DNA of 49,169 nt, taken from positions 1 through 49,169 of the forward strand of contig JYFJ02004234.1 of the NCBI GenBank assembly GCA_000934665.2, in the 5' to 3' direction. The translations under genes and the position numbers were made by a program. The stretch comes from Catajapyx aquilonaris. Its lineage: Eukaryota. The notes beneath the pieces are model-generated. The model worked only from the letters and a program-made list of their open reading frames with translations, was not told the DNA's origin and searched no databases. Positions 23,711 to 36,320 of this stretch are shown piece by piece; position 1 is the stretch's first letter, and each line of letters begins with the position of its first letter.

Positions 23711-25039
23711 TTTAATAATGCATTCAACTTGATTTTACAATGCAGAACCTGCACTGTGTACAATGGTACTATATCGTGGGGTGAGAACAACAGGGCTCCA
23801 TCTGCATTAAACTACTTTTTCCAGAAATAGGCTTTGAAGTTGCTAGTGCAATATACTATAGGAACTAACTATTGAATTCTGGTGATAATTTCAATTTACA
23901 GTTCTCGATTCAGTAACACTTTGGAGAAAAATTGTCATAACATTACAGTTGCAATCTTTTTAATTATAGAAATGTCAATTTGCAGATAGAACCTTGTTGC
24001 ACCCAAAATAATATGAATAAGCAGTGAGTTATGTCGTGCAGATGGAACTTTGTTGTTCCCTAGGCACGATAAAAAATTAATTACCCCATATAATTCCTCG
24101 CATTTAAGTCACATCTCTTTACTGTTGGTGGTACAAAGCACAAATTAAATTATGTGTTAAAAATATGTCTGTACATATAAAGTTTTGCAGGTTCCAAAGA
24201 AATTGTCATTGTTACATTTTTCCTCATAAAGAGAGTACATTTCGGTTATAGATAACTGATGGTCTATGTATTCATTCTCTTTTGGTATCTGAGCGGCAAT
24301 AATGTGCCTCAGCTTTTGGAAAACTATTGATATGATCCTTTACTCCTTGCTTGATCTCATTGGAAATCCGAGGAATTGACTTCTTTCCTCTCTTATGATC
24401 CTCTATTCCACTCTTCCCACAATATGAAGCACAGGCTATTCAAATAAAGTAATACTTCCATGATCTCAGCATGCCCGCAGTTTTACATCAAGCGATAGTG
24501 ATGGTAAGAATGCGTTGTCTGAGAGAGGGTGTATATTCTAGTCCGACCAATGGTCATGAATCAGGCCTGCTCAGGTAGACATGTCGAAGTCAGAAATAAA
24601 GACGACCTTAGATATCCGATCGCGCAGTTTGGAAGTCCTGATAGCGATGCTCACCAGGACATTTACGTCCTTTCAGGACAGCTCGTAAAAAAAGGACAAC
24701 TGGTCCTTTTTTTGGAAGGGTGGATGCTGCTGTACTTGGAAGCAAATCGCCACTATAGTGTAATGCTGGCCACGAGACGGCTAATTGGTGACTAAGATGC
24801 TCCAGTTGATTAGTGTGGTTTCAGGTGCCTTTACGATTCCCAGATTTACGCTTCATTAGTCCTTCATGATTGGGCGACTCGTAAAACACCAGCTGTTTTA
24901 CATTCGTCATTATTTGCATCATACTGTGTCGGTGTGTCCCGATTTTGTACTTTCAACTTTAAAGCAGCCTATAAACCTGCACGACTTGCTATGCTATCAT
25001 TTTAATGGGGGTACATCTATATGAAATTATAATCATAAT

Positions 25040-25093
25040 TATCCTCCTGAGACCTGATGTCCAATATATTGGACATCAGGTCTCAGGAGGATA
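25040..25093. repeat. 54-bp perfect palindrome, possible TIR-only piggyBac-like relic
   Basis: TATCCTCCTGAGACCTGATGTCCAATA|TATTGGACATCAGGTCTCAGGAGGATA. Confidence 0.85.
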
Positions 25094-25205
25094 TAGGCCG
25101 CCAAAAGTTATTGTTTTCAAATTGAGATCAAATTGCCCACAACTGTATGCATACTCAATTTATAAAAGGCATAATATCTTCTGTTTTCCCCAGTGCCCGG
25201 ATGAC

Positions 25206-25810
25206 AGGATCTCTTCCAGGGTCGTTCTTTTCTCCGTCAATTCTACTGACAGTTGTTCGTATAATAATGTCAGATTAAAAAGTGAAACTCAGTTTTATTC
25301 TATAGATTCGAGTTTTGCGAATATCCGCATTACAAATTATTAATTTTGCAATTTTTTCCACTTTCAAATCTCGACAGGATGGCCGAGAAAAGTCAGAAAA
25401 TTTTTGCTAATAAGCAATAACAGATTTTTTGAGACGCCAATTATTAATTAAAAATGGAACTAATTATATTAATGTTTCCAAAATAATCCTCCCATCGTAT
25501 TATCACATTTGAACCAGTGTTGCAAAATTCATTTATGTCATTAATATTTCTTTTAGTGAACAAGGGCGTATGTAAAAATCAGTCGCAATGTGGTAGGATA
25601 CCATTGTTTGAAATATATATATCAAGCGATGGTACATTGTTTTACATACGCCTTTGTTCACTAAAAGAAATATTAATGGCATAAATGATTTTTAAATATT
25701 ATATCTTTTGCAAACATCCGCGGGTTTTTGCAAAAGACGAATCAACAGCACAAAACTAAGTTTCACTTTTTCACCTGGCATTATTACAAAAATGTGCTGG
25801 AAGAGATCCT
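25206..25810. mobile_element. Kolobok-like non-autonomous element with a central hairpin
   Basis: TIR AGGATCTCTTCCAG / CTGGAAGAGATCCT followed by TTAA (left TSD degraded). Subterminal AAAAAGTGAAACT/AGTTTCACTTTTT. Internal inverted repeat at ~25530-25687. Confidence 0.6.
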
Positions 25811-25984
25811 TTAAGATGCAAGGTGGCGTAACATTTATATTATTTACATATTTGCAGAGCCTATAGTCCGGCCGCGACTACTGTACCAGCACTAGCCCAA
25901 GGTAATTAGACAATCGAATGATCAAAACCACCTTTTCCGGAGAAACTTCATGAAATGCCGACCATGTTATACAACAATGTATTG

Positions 25985-26338
25985 CGGGGGAGGCGTGGTG
26001 GCCGAGATGGTAACGTCTCGGCTTGCTGTGCGGAAGGTCCCGGGTTCTTTCCCCGCCCGTGAGTTCCTTCCGCCTGCGTCAGTGGGTCTCTGACCCGCGC
26101 CTAAGGAGGCGTCTTGGCAACCTGGCCTCCTGGGGGACTGCACATGACATTGCACTTGCACCTGTGTCCCCTCCCCAAAAATCCCAATTCCCCTCCCCAT
26201 TTCCCTTTCTCCACTGCACGGTGTTATAGAAGAAAAATTCCGAAAAATTGACATGAAAATGGTGGTATTCCACCCCCCTAAAGGAGCGCTGATATTCTCC
26301 CAATGGGGTAAGTAAAATAATAAATAATGAATAATAAT
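25985..26338 (+). mobile_element. tRNA-derived SINE, family B, with 12-bp TSD
   Basis: Head GGGGGAGGCGTGGTGGCCGAGATGGTAACG (A box) with a degenerate B box GGTTCTTTCCC and an (AAT)n tail. TSD AACAATGTATTG at 25973-25984 and 26339-26350. Confidence 0.9.
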
Positions 26339-29300
26339 AACAATGTATTGAAATTACGCCCTTGTTTTCATTGTTTTAAGAAACTGTGAGTCATATCATT
26401 AGTCTACTAGTTGCAAGTCCGCATTTCATCTGTTTTTCATGTCTTTTAAAGGACACTACTGATAACCGATTAACGTTATAATAAATTTTTGTAAGATAAC
26501 ATAAATATATAGGCTTGATCGTTCGGTACGTGAAAAAATACGGGAAAAATGCATCCGTTATTACGCCAGCAGTTACACGTAATTGCAATAACTCATGGAC
26601 AGAAATAAAAGGCAGGTATTAGGGGTACCTTCACATTTTGTAATTTGTTTACGTCCATTACGTCCACCAGGCACTGTAAGTCATTATCTCGCAGTTTAAA
26701 CCCACAAAATTATCCGTGAGATTATCCATGATGCGACGCCTTAAATTTTACCATATTTTTTCGTATTCTTTTTTTTAATATCCAATGTTGCATAACCTAG
26801 TAGTCTGAGGCTTTTGTCGGCCAACATGGGTCGAATTATCCGGTGTAGGCAGCTGCATTTTGGTAGGCATAATGAGATGGCTTCCGTGCGAACTGTAATC
26901 CCCCGAGACCTTGCGGAGACGCGATTTACACAATCTACGTGCATCAGGACCGTTTATCGTACTGTGGCTTTTTGTTACCATCCTATAATTGCTTCATTCT
27001 CAGGTGGGAACACTGATTTTTTGTGGCTGCACCGGGTGTCACAGAACATTCACGCTGATCCTCCACAAGGACTTGCACGTGATCTCACCAACAAGCTGCG
27101 TATCTGTCTTCTAAAAATATAGTAGTTTGGTCGGTAGCCGTGACCGGCAACATGGTAAATCATGTTTAAGTTCTTCAAAATGGCCTGTCAGGAATAATAC
27201 ATTAAACCCAGATGTGCCTAGCGTTCTAAATATAGGACACTTGTACAGCCGGTACAGTCACATATGTAGTCATTATGTTAGTTCTTCATTTGCTCATAAA
27301 TAGAAGAATTTAAAAATTTAACAAGAAATAATTCGGGCATATCTGGGCTAAGTGTTAAGGGACGGAACAGTGCATTTCTGCCAACGTCGCTGTATGAGGC
27401 CAACAGCGCAGAATCTCACGTGTACACAATGTCGCAAATTGAGCATAATTTTTGTGTGTCCCTGTAGTGGGAAGATTGTGTAAGTGTGAAGTGAAGGTGA
27501 AGTGTATATGTAATTCGAGACCGGACGGAGCCCCGTTCTTATCGAGAGTCCCAATAAGACATCGAAGGCCGGCTCCATGAATCAGGACCACCTTTCCAGT
27601 CACGCTCTTTGGGAGCCCCGCATTTGTTAACCTTTCCCCGACCATCCGTCTGGGGATTTGCGTTCGATCGTCGCCCGAACTCAATTCGCTTAGTTCGACC
27701 AGCAGACCGGACACGAACTTGTAAACACGGACCCAGACGAGGTGCGTCAGATGCATCACAAACCGCATCATTTGAATATTCGCCTCGTAACGTGTAGGAT
27801 TAGTAATGTAGGTGAGACTCCAAGTAGCAGATAGGAGGTCAACTCACTGCATACAAAGCGTGGAATAATGGAGGTGATGATGTCTGCATCAGCATGGCGG
27901 TAGTCACTTCAACACGATACATCACTTTGGACTGGGTGGGGTCAAACGTGGATTCTCTGCAGGATTTATTTGACAATAAATCTGATGCACTACGTATAGC
28001 ATGTACTGCTGATCCAGTTGTTATTTACTTAATAACATATTGCTTTATAATAAAACGACACCTATTTTCACACGGGGGAGTGTGCATTATAATAATTAAA
28101 GCGGAAAGGGTGTTCGGAAAGCGAGTGCGTGTGTTCCCATGCTTTGTTACTTTCATAAATAATAAAAAATGCAACCCAAGATGGCCACCGAGGAAACTCC
28201 CACGTTTTCGGTGGTAAGGCTCCGGGAACTGGTGATGTCCACTTCCGTGCCACTTAGGTCATCTTATGGGTGGGATAAAGGAGGATGGCAGGAAGTGACC
28301 CGCCCTGCCCTCCCCCTAGAAAAGGTCATGAGGGCGTGTGCGCACCACGACTTCACTTCCTGCAGACGAAGCATTGTTTCTTTGCCATGGGAGCGGATGC
28401 TCTCTTTTCCTTATCCTTTGGCGATTTTTTTCCTCACTCTCCATAGTCTTGATATCGCATATCTTCCAAGTCTTCTTGTAAGGGGAAAGAGAGACCTTAT
28501 GACTCGCCACTTTTGCACCAAGTTTCGCATATGTTACGGTCAACGTTAGGTGAACGAGAAATATTCAAAATCAACTGATAAGGATGTGGGCTAATTATTA
28601 TTTAAACACACGGGACAACATATACACACATACTGGTGAATACACAGGGCTGGGTGCAATGGAAAATATTTGGGTAAATATGGTGGTTGATTCGGGTGTT
28701 GTCCAACTGCAATTAAGCAATTTTGCTGATTGATACCAGTAGACTTCAGTTGAGTTACTCCTGGGCTAGACCTAGAGGGAGGCAGATAATACATCACTTT
28801 TGAAAACAAGTGCATGAAATCATAACGTTAATTCAATCATCTGCGGTGATACGTGACCTTTTGTGAGAGTTCTCCACTAACTATTCATCTGCAATCAAAA
28901 TATGGCCATGTTGTTCGGATGGGGAGTTATAAGCAAGGACCACCCGGTGCACTGGGTGTGTCCGAACTGCCCATCCCTTTAAAGGGGGTCCTGTCATCAT
29001 GATTCAACAAATCTTTCTGAGCTTGAAAAGTGTCATGTACCCTGTACTGGCTCCTTAATGATTGTGCGTAACTTACAAGTAGAACTTTGACATTTTAAAT
29101 TGCACTTTTACGTGATAATTTAGGACAGGCCTTAACTTGGGCCTTAATATGGTGAGCAAATATATGAAGACTTGAAAGGTGTTGAAAAGTTATGCTAATA
29201 GTATAGGCAGTATAGGATGTGTTTTTACTTATGACGTAAGCATAAAATGGAATGCTATTGACGAAAATTGCACGATTTTGTGCGCAGATATAGGTGCAGA

Positions 29301-31709
29301 TACAAATATATTGAACTTGATTGACACAAAATCCGACCCTGATTGTGAATTCACACGCAACTGGGATCACGAATAAAGCCAATTGCCCTCTGCTGTGCAT
29401 TCGACAATAATAATGGAGGCTACCTGTTGCAAAGAAATGTGCTTGGCGATCACGAATTGAGACGGGCACACAAACCGACAATTAAGCGCAAAAGGCGTCT
29501 AAATCGGTAGGCCAAATCTGATTGAGAAGCTTTCGTGTTCGGCACAGCCTTGAACCAATTGAAATCTCTAACTGAACCTTTTTCGTGATGATGTCCGATC
29601 TCCTCCAATTTCACCCCCCCCCCCCNTTCACCCCCCCCCCCCCCCCCTTCCTTCTCTCTTTTTTTCCTTTCGGTTCAAAATGTGGATATTGCCAAGTACA
29701 GATCCGGGTGGGCTCGACTGCACTGGTTTTTCGCATTGAGGCGACCCTGACATGTCTCATTACACGACGGATCCTACACCCGTTTACTTTCTCTCTTAGC
29801 CGGACAAACTTTGATCGTAAAATGGCTATAAATCATTCCGACTGTTTTGTTGCTTGTCCTATACTGGGAGGAGCTCTAGATAAGAAATGAGTGTTAGTAT
29901 TAATATATAGGGTCTATAACTATCTAAATTTGCAATTGATTGCATAAAGATATTATTAGTAAAGATTGCCGCGTGAACTGTAAGATCATGATGTAGAAGT
30001 TAGACGGCCCCAAAGAAATATCTATTATTATCAGGTACGAGACATAGCACCTCTTCCTTCTAAGAAATTAATCTTATTATTATTATAAATTGTGAGCCGG
30101 TGCAACTCGCAGTTAGGAACGATACAAAGTAACTACCCCCTATAGTGCCTTCCTAATATACAACCAATAAGTATCAGCTGTGCAAAGTGATGGATATATT
30201 CACTTGCGATAGTTTTTCATTACGATTGTTATATTAAATTTTTATACCGGTACACGTAAATATTTTTTTGTGCCACAAGATGGCCCGTTATACCGTATCA
30301 TATTGACTTTTTAACTTTCTTGGGCAGGTCTTTATAGGTTCCGAAAAACACTCATCAGTATAAGTTGTATCGTTATATTGGTTTTACAGATATGTTTTAT
30401 ATCGGTAGTACTGTGCAACCAGACGGTGACATTTTTTTCTCTAAAATGGCTAATCTTCAGTTATTAAATATGATAACCTAGAATTAATTTTACAACATGA
30501 TGCCTTGTCGCATGATGATAATAATCAGACATCGTGGAATTCTCCTTCTGGAAACGCCCTCCACATAGCCATTAAGGCCATGTGGCAAATGTCAAAGTAA
30601 TGGAGCATCATATGATACGACACATCAGCAAGAAGACACATTAGGATCGAATTGTTTCATTCAGAACCCTCGTCTGGACCAGCTTTAATCCACTATTTAC
30701 TGAGGACAGCTCACCCATATTTCACCTGTACATGGCAGCACAGGTGAAGCGGCGTGCCACCCGTGAACGCACGATATGAACTGTTCCATAAACAAATAAT
30801 GAATGAGGCTAAGAATCGGCGGCAAGGTCCGATACCGAGTGCCAACTGGATGCCCCCCAGGTGGTCGCGGTCTCTGTGTCAAGATAAGCCCAGGTTGATA
30901 GATGAAGACAATAGCGCAAACGGGAGCCAGAATCGGCGTCGTTGGCGCCCCCCTTTCTGCCAAAATGAGATTACGGATGCGAAAACACAGCTCTCAACGG
31001 GACCAGTTGCCAGCTGTCAATCGTCTAGGAGGTACGGGGGCCAATCAATGGAGCCGATCGCAAAACTACTCGATTGATGAACACACTTATTGCTCTCGAT
31101 CGACCACCTATATGCACCCGGATTAACTTTTATCGCCACAGCTTCAGACTTTTAATAACTTCATCAGTCATTTCGTTTTTGCTTCCAACCTATATACCGG
31201 TATGTTGATTTGCTGCAAGTTTGTCTTCTGAGGGAACTACAACTTGTTCTTGTCGTAAGACAGGTCCTTGATCTGTGGTCCATATCAATGATTAGATAAT
31301 AAGTGACTGGATGCAAGGAGTGTTTCATTACGGATGGACTTGTGCAAATCCTAATTGTCATTCCTATAGCTGTCACTCGGTTGCGACTGGACAAGATGCA
31401 CCTGCATGACATAATTGCCTATATATTAGGAATTACAGCAATAACAACGCGATGCAAGACAGATAAAAGCCATTGAAAAGATTAGCTGATTCTGTCTTTC
31501 GGAAATTTGGTGGTGGGGTATTTGTGGATTACCAAGTACTCGTAGTATATAGCTATCGTTTCCAGATTCCTATAGGGTCCTGGAACAAATCATATTTAAT
31601 ACAGGCTCCCTCATTTATCGTTTTCCGCTATCCGTCATTTTGTCAGGGGTCCCGACAAAAGCGACGATTCGTGCGGTTTCACTGCAAATCAGTGTTGTCA
31701 TCTTGCTTA

Positions 31710-31861
31710 GGGCCAGTTGCACCGACCTCAGTATATCTTAGAACCTCGGGTATATCAAGAATTGCCATAGCAATCATTGTTGACCAACAATGATTGCTAT
31801 GGAAATTCTTGATATACCCGAGGTTCTAACTAATATATACTGAGGTCGGTGCAACTGGCCC
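31710..31861. mobile_element. PIF/Harbinger (Tourist-like) hairpin MITE with TTA TSD
   Basis: TTA|GGGCCAGTTGCACCGACCTCAGTATAT...ATATACTGAGGTCGGTGCAACTGGCCC|TTA. The arms pair to a tiny loop near 31784. A lone related end, CAACTGGCCCTTA, lies near 46104-46116. Confidence 0.9.
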
Positions 31862-32536
31862 TTAGTGTTAAGCAAGTAAGGGGTAGGGCATGGAATAGAC
31901 AGGGCTTGAGATGTCTTACGACCAACCCAAATGACTTTCGTAATCTCTGTGATGGCAATAACTTGGTCTCATATCATATGCGAGTATCCTACTGATATGT
32001 TTATATCGATGCCCGACGGAACCGCCAACTGATTTTACCAAAAATCCTCAGCTATACAAACTATGGACGGTCCTCCAGGAATCTACCACGAACAGCGAAA
32101 TGGCTTATTGCATTTCCTAGTTTATGGCACGACAACTCTTAACCCCCTCGGTAACCTTCCTCTTTGTCGAACGTCAGGCGGACTTATTGCATTAGTTTAA
32201 TCAACGCATATGTATGTCAATGTATACGGCAATCATTGCGTGCATTGTATGTAGGCTGGTCCCTCCCTGAAACCTGTAAAGAGGAAGGTGAATAAATTGA
32301 TTGATTGATTGACGAGCCTTGACCAATCTCGAGAGGACCGTGTCTCAATAATATTATTGATGATCTTAAGGTCATACAACATTATTGCTTGTTTCAAGTC
32401 AAGTGCGCATTTCTGGTGACATCAGTAAATTCCATTATTCGGGGATTTAGTGGGTTATTACTCATTACTGTGTTGCATTGTCATTCTGTTATATCTTACT
32501 GTATACTGCCACCTGTATACTTGTATACAGGTAGTC

Positions 32537-32838
32537 ACCGAAGCAGTTTGGAGTAGGGGATATGGTGTCCGACTGCTAATCGGGAGGTCCTGGGATCAAA
32601 TCCCGGGACCGGCAACTCTGACCGTGGTTTTCTGTGGTTTCCCACGGTAATTCCAGGAAAATTCCGGAGTTGCTTCCGTAATTAATAGGCCACAGCCGCT
32701 TCCTTCCATCCCTATCCTATCCCAAAAAGTGCAGTAAAAATGAAAACCAAAGAGTTCCAGACAAAAGAAACTTCCCCCCTAAAGAGCCGAAAAAGGCTGA
32801 TAATGGGGTATGAATTATTAATAATTATTATTATTATT
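32537..32838 (+). mobile_element. tRNA-derived SINE, family C, with 13-bp TSD
   Basis: B-box-like GGGATCAAATCCC. The central GGTTTTCTGTGGTTTCCC..CCAGGAAAATTCCGG..GGCCACAGCCGCTTCCTTCC resembles a core domain I recall from arthropod SINEs. (ATT)n tail. TSD TATACAGGTAGTC at 32524-32536 and 32839-32851. Confidence 0.9.
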
Positions 32839-32842
32839 TATA

Positions 32843-33186
32843 CAGGTAGTCCCCGGGGTTACGTTCTTGAAAATGTCCATAAGTCGGATTTGTACGTAAC
32901 TCGGATCCCTGAGGAACAGCGTATATTATACAGCGTAAAGATTATGCTCCAACGAACAGCTTACGTCATGTGTGTATGGTTTACATGCGCGAAGAACGTA
33001 GTTTCCCAATGATTTATTAATTATTCAATATTTATGTTGAACTTGTTGTCGATCAAAGTACGAAGAAGTGATTAAAAGTGGGGGAATAATCTTGAGTTTT
33101 TCTTCTGTGAGCCTTGGGAGGCCCGTTCGTAAGTATACGGATCGCCGCGCCGTAAGCCGGGTCGTTCGTAAACCGAGGACTACCTG
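32843..33186. mobile_element. pogo/Tigger-type MITE, copy 1; its left terminus is duplicated by the SINE insertion
   Basis: TA|CAGGTAGTCCCCGG ... CGTTCGTAAACCGAGGACTACCTG|TA. Confidence 0.8.
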
Positions 33187-33505
33187 TATTTATTGTGAGT
33201 TAAATCGACTCCTGACTGCATCTCTGACTACCCCTTCTGCATGGTAATGTCGTGATGGTGACTGTTTTATTGTGGGGACAACTACAGGGAGTATATAGTA
33301 TTGTGTATTACCTGTCACAGATGGGAAGCAGGGATTTGTTTTGATGTCGAGCATTCTGGTTGTCGCACTTTCTCCTTTCACATACCAGTACACCACACAG
33401 CACAGCTTTCCCCGTTCACACTCTTTATATACGCCGGTTTACTAATTACGCTGGTGTAAATATATAAATATTCGTGCCAGTTACTTCGGTAACCACCTCA
33501 AAATA

Positions 33506-33821
33506 CAGGTATCCCCCGGTTTACGAACGATACGGCGATCTTCATGGCTCCTCAGAATGATAATTTATCATTATTCCTCAACTTTCAATCACTTCTGCGT
33601 ATCCTTTGACCGACACCAAGTTCAACATAAATACTGAATAATTAATAAATCATTGGGAAACTATGTTCTTCGGCGCACATAAACGAACACACATGACGTA
33701 AGCGGTTCATTGGAGCAGCATTTACTGCATACGCTGTTCCTCAGGGATCCGAGTTACGTACAAATCCGACTTATGGACATTTTCAGGAACGTAACCCCGT
33801 TCGTAGACCGAGGACTTCCTG
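33506..33821. mobile_element. pogo/Tigger-type MITE, copy 2, inverted relative to copy 1
   Basis: TA|CAGGTATCCCCCGGTTTACGAACG ... CGTTCGTAGACCGAGGACTTCCTG|TA. The internal sequence is the reverse complement of copy 1 (e.g. CAGGGATCCGAGTTACGTACAAATCCGACTTATGGACATTTTC). Confidence 0.85.
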
Positions 33822-33871
33822 TATTTCATTACTCCCATGTCATTGCTACGGACTGTAATGAGGTGATTATA

Positions 33872-34027
33872 CTATGGGGCTCAAATTGTTTTGGCCACTT
33901 TATCCTGGTCTTGAAGCAACCCTTCGCACAGGCCCCATGTTGAGCTGGTGTGGGTGTGGGTGTGTGTGTGAAGGGTTGCTTCAAGACCAGGATAAAATGA
34001 GTGGTAAAAACAATTTGAGCCCCATAG
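33872..34027. mobile_element. Hairpin MITE-like element
   Basis: CTATGGGGCTCAAATTGTTTT..TTTATCCTGGTCTTGAAGCAACCCTTC is mirrored by GAAGGGTTGCTTCAAGACCAGGATAAA..AAAACAATTTGAGCCCCATAG. Confidence 0.75.
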
Positions 34028-35374
34028 GGCCATAGTACAATAGGGCTATATCACTGTACAGTATAGCATACGCGAGAAATATTTGATTATCATCATTCCC
34101 AAGCAAATGGCTGATCATAAGGGAAAATTTACGCAATAGCCATAATTACCGGATCAGATATAACGATCAGATACGAATATAATAATAATTACTTATTAAC
34201 GTGACTTCATGCTTCATACGTACGGTATATGTTTTGAATACACATTTGACATGATGTGAACAAGGTAATTTAAAGGCCAATTTTTGAGTAACATATTACA
34301 GTTAAAGGAATCAAAATCGCACGTTCATAAAGTTAAAGTGATTGATGTTGGTAGACTGCTAGTAGGCCCGATGTGACAAACTGGATATCAGAATATGAAA
34401 TAAGAGGTATCACGTTTGGACACGCAAATCCTACGTCGTCCTTAACATTCTTGAAACGATCATAAAAAGGTCCAAACACATACCTCATTAGAGTGCGTTT
34501 TGTCTGGCGACATGTTAACAGAGACAAGCCATGAGTTTATATTAATCAACAACAGGTTTCTTTGTAGTGTGGAAGGAACCTGGCTGAATAAGGAAGGCTC
34601 AAAAAAAGCCCTGATTCGATCCATATCTGCACGTCATTCGCATTCGGAGCTCGACATTCATTTGGCATCTGTTATGAATAAGGCAGGGCGTGACTCAAAT
34701 TCCATGGGGCTTCTCTTCTTCCCCATCTGGCCAAGACAAATCCAACTAGATGCAGATTTCTGCTTGGCGTGACGCTTGTCTGCAAGAATAATGGTATTGG
34801 AGATAGACTCGTATTAAAATAGCATTTTCAAATTATTAAACTGACTTAGCCAAACGAAGGTTTGTGTAGAATTTTCGTCACTTTTTGTTATCTGCTCAAA
34901 CTCCATTATAATTTACATTGTTAAGTAGTCTTTTTATCGTCTGGAGGAGAACCATTGAATGCAAGAGCTCTTCTCACACATGTTCTTCTGGCTGCGTTCC
35001 CGATAACTCATACTGAAGCGCTGAATGTAAGCATATATATTATTATAGGGATGCGTTTAAAGCATTGTTTTCAGGGTGGGAGTTTCTGAGTGGAATAAAT
35101 AGGGAATGATCTTGCACATTTAAATTATTGGCCCGTTGAAATTTTGATTTACTTACCTTTTATTGTCAAATAATAGTGCTAATATTGAGAAGTGCTTTTC
35201 AACGTTTTCTCGTTCTGCAACAAATATCACAAGAAATTACAGCCTTTTTTGAGTACAAATTGTTATTTTATTATTCTCTTCAGATGGGGCGCCACTCTGA
35301 GGACCTCTGATTCTCTGGAGTGCTGCTATTCGATCCCTCGGTCCGACAAAGAACTTTCTCCAGTGGAAAGAGTT

Positions 35375-35453
35375 TCTCTGGATTCTCTGCGTATTCGCGT
35401 AAGGTTACTCTCTGGATTCTCTGCGTATTCGCGTAAGGTTACTCTCTGGATTC
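35375..35453 (+). repeat. 34-bp exact tandem repeat, 2.3 copies
   Basis: Unit TCTCTGGATTCTCTGCGTATTCGCGTAAGGTTAC at 35375-35408 and 35409-35442, plus a partial third copy. Confidence 0.9.
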
Positions 35454-35650
35454 CCCTGTTTCCTTCCCCTGTCCAAAAGCCTATCTTTCCCTAGTATTGT
35501 GTCTTTGTCTTGAACCCCCACACTTGGTCATGATTACTCTGGTGCGGCGACTGTAAGGCCCTTCCATGCCATAGCGCCTGACTGCAAAATAATAACCAAC
35601 AACAACGAAAAAGATGTAGATCGTTTGTGGGGAATTGTTTTTGCCTAGAT

Positions 35651-35804
35651 CAGTGGTTTACAACCTTTTCGTGGTGAAATTTCATATCAAATTTATATTA
35701 GTGTAGATTTTTTAAATTGGTTGATTTATTAATTTATAAAAATAACCGCAGTCACGCGCGACCCCCCGGAAATGGCTTCGCGACCCACAGGTTGAGAACC
35801 ACTG
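35651..35804. mobile_element. hAT/Charlie-type MITE with 8-bp TSD
   Basis: CAGTGGTTTACAACCT ... AGGTTGAGAACCACTG. TSD GCCTAGAT at 35643-35650 and 35805-35812. Confidence 0.9.
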
Positions 35805-36091
35805 GCCTAGATGATCGTCGGATGGGAGTGTTAAATGCCTATTCACTATTCTAACATTTAAGAAATGTGATTCAAGACTATACACTAATGTTTAAATTTT
35901 GTGTGACAATGAACAACAGGAGTGGTGTCTCTAAATTGAAAAATGGGTAGTTTAGTAGTGCGGGTTGCTGTGTATCACAGCTGGACATTTTAAGGCGCTC
36001 ATAAGGATATATGCTCCCAGTAGGCCTATATGAACATCGTAACTTAGAATACTGTATATTCAAGCCACAATAAGCGAATAAGGCATAGATG

Positions 36092-36320
36092 ACCCACCGC
36101 CTTATCTTAATTCCAACCCCTCACACAAATCAAAACGCAACAACTTAGGGCGATAACTGGCACGAGAAGACGCGGAGTTGTCATGCCATGCATTTGACAA
36201 CGTGCACCTTGACTGTTATATCATGTGCATGACATGACAACTCCGCACTCTTGCGAGGGGCTTATCGCCCTATCAAGTTCGGGTTTCGGTATGGGGTGGG
36301 ATTAAGATGAAGTGGTGGGT
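36092..36320. mobile_element. Diverged nested inverted-repeat elements
   Basis: Outer: ACCCACCGC..ATCTTAATTCCAACCCC / GGGGTGGGATTAAGAT..GTGGTGGGT. Inner: TAGGGCGATAA..GCGGAGTTGTCATG / CATGACAACTCCGC..TTATCGCCCTA (~36146-36272). Confidence 0.6.

Noticed and set aside
35375..35453. 34-bp repeat as a CRISPR repeat
   Set aside because: The copies are directly adjacent with no spacers.
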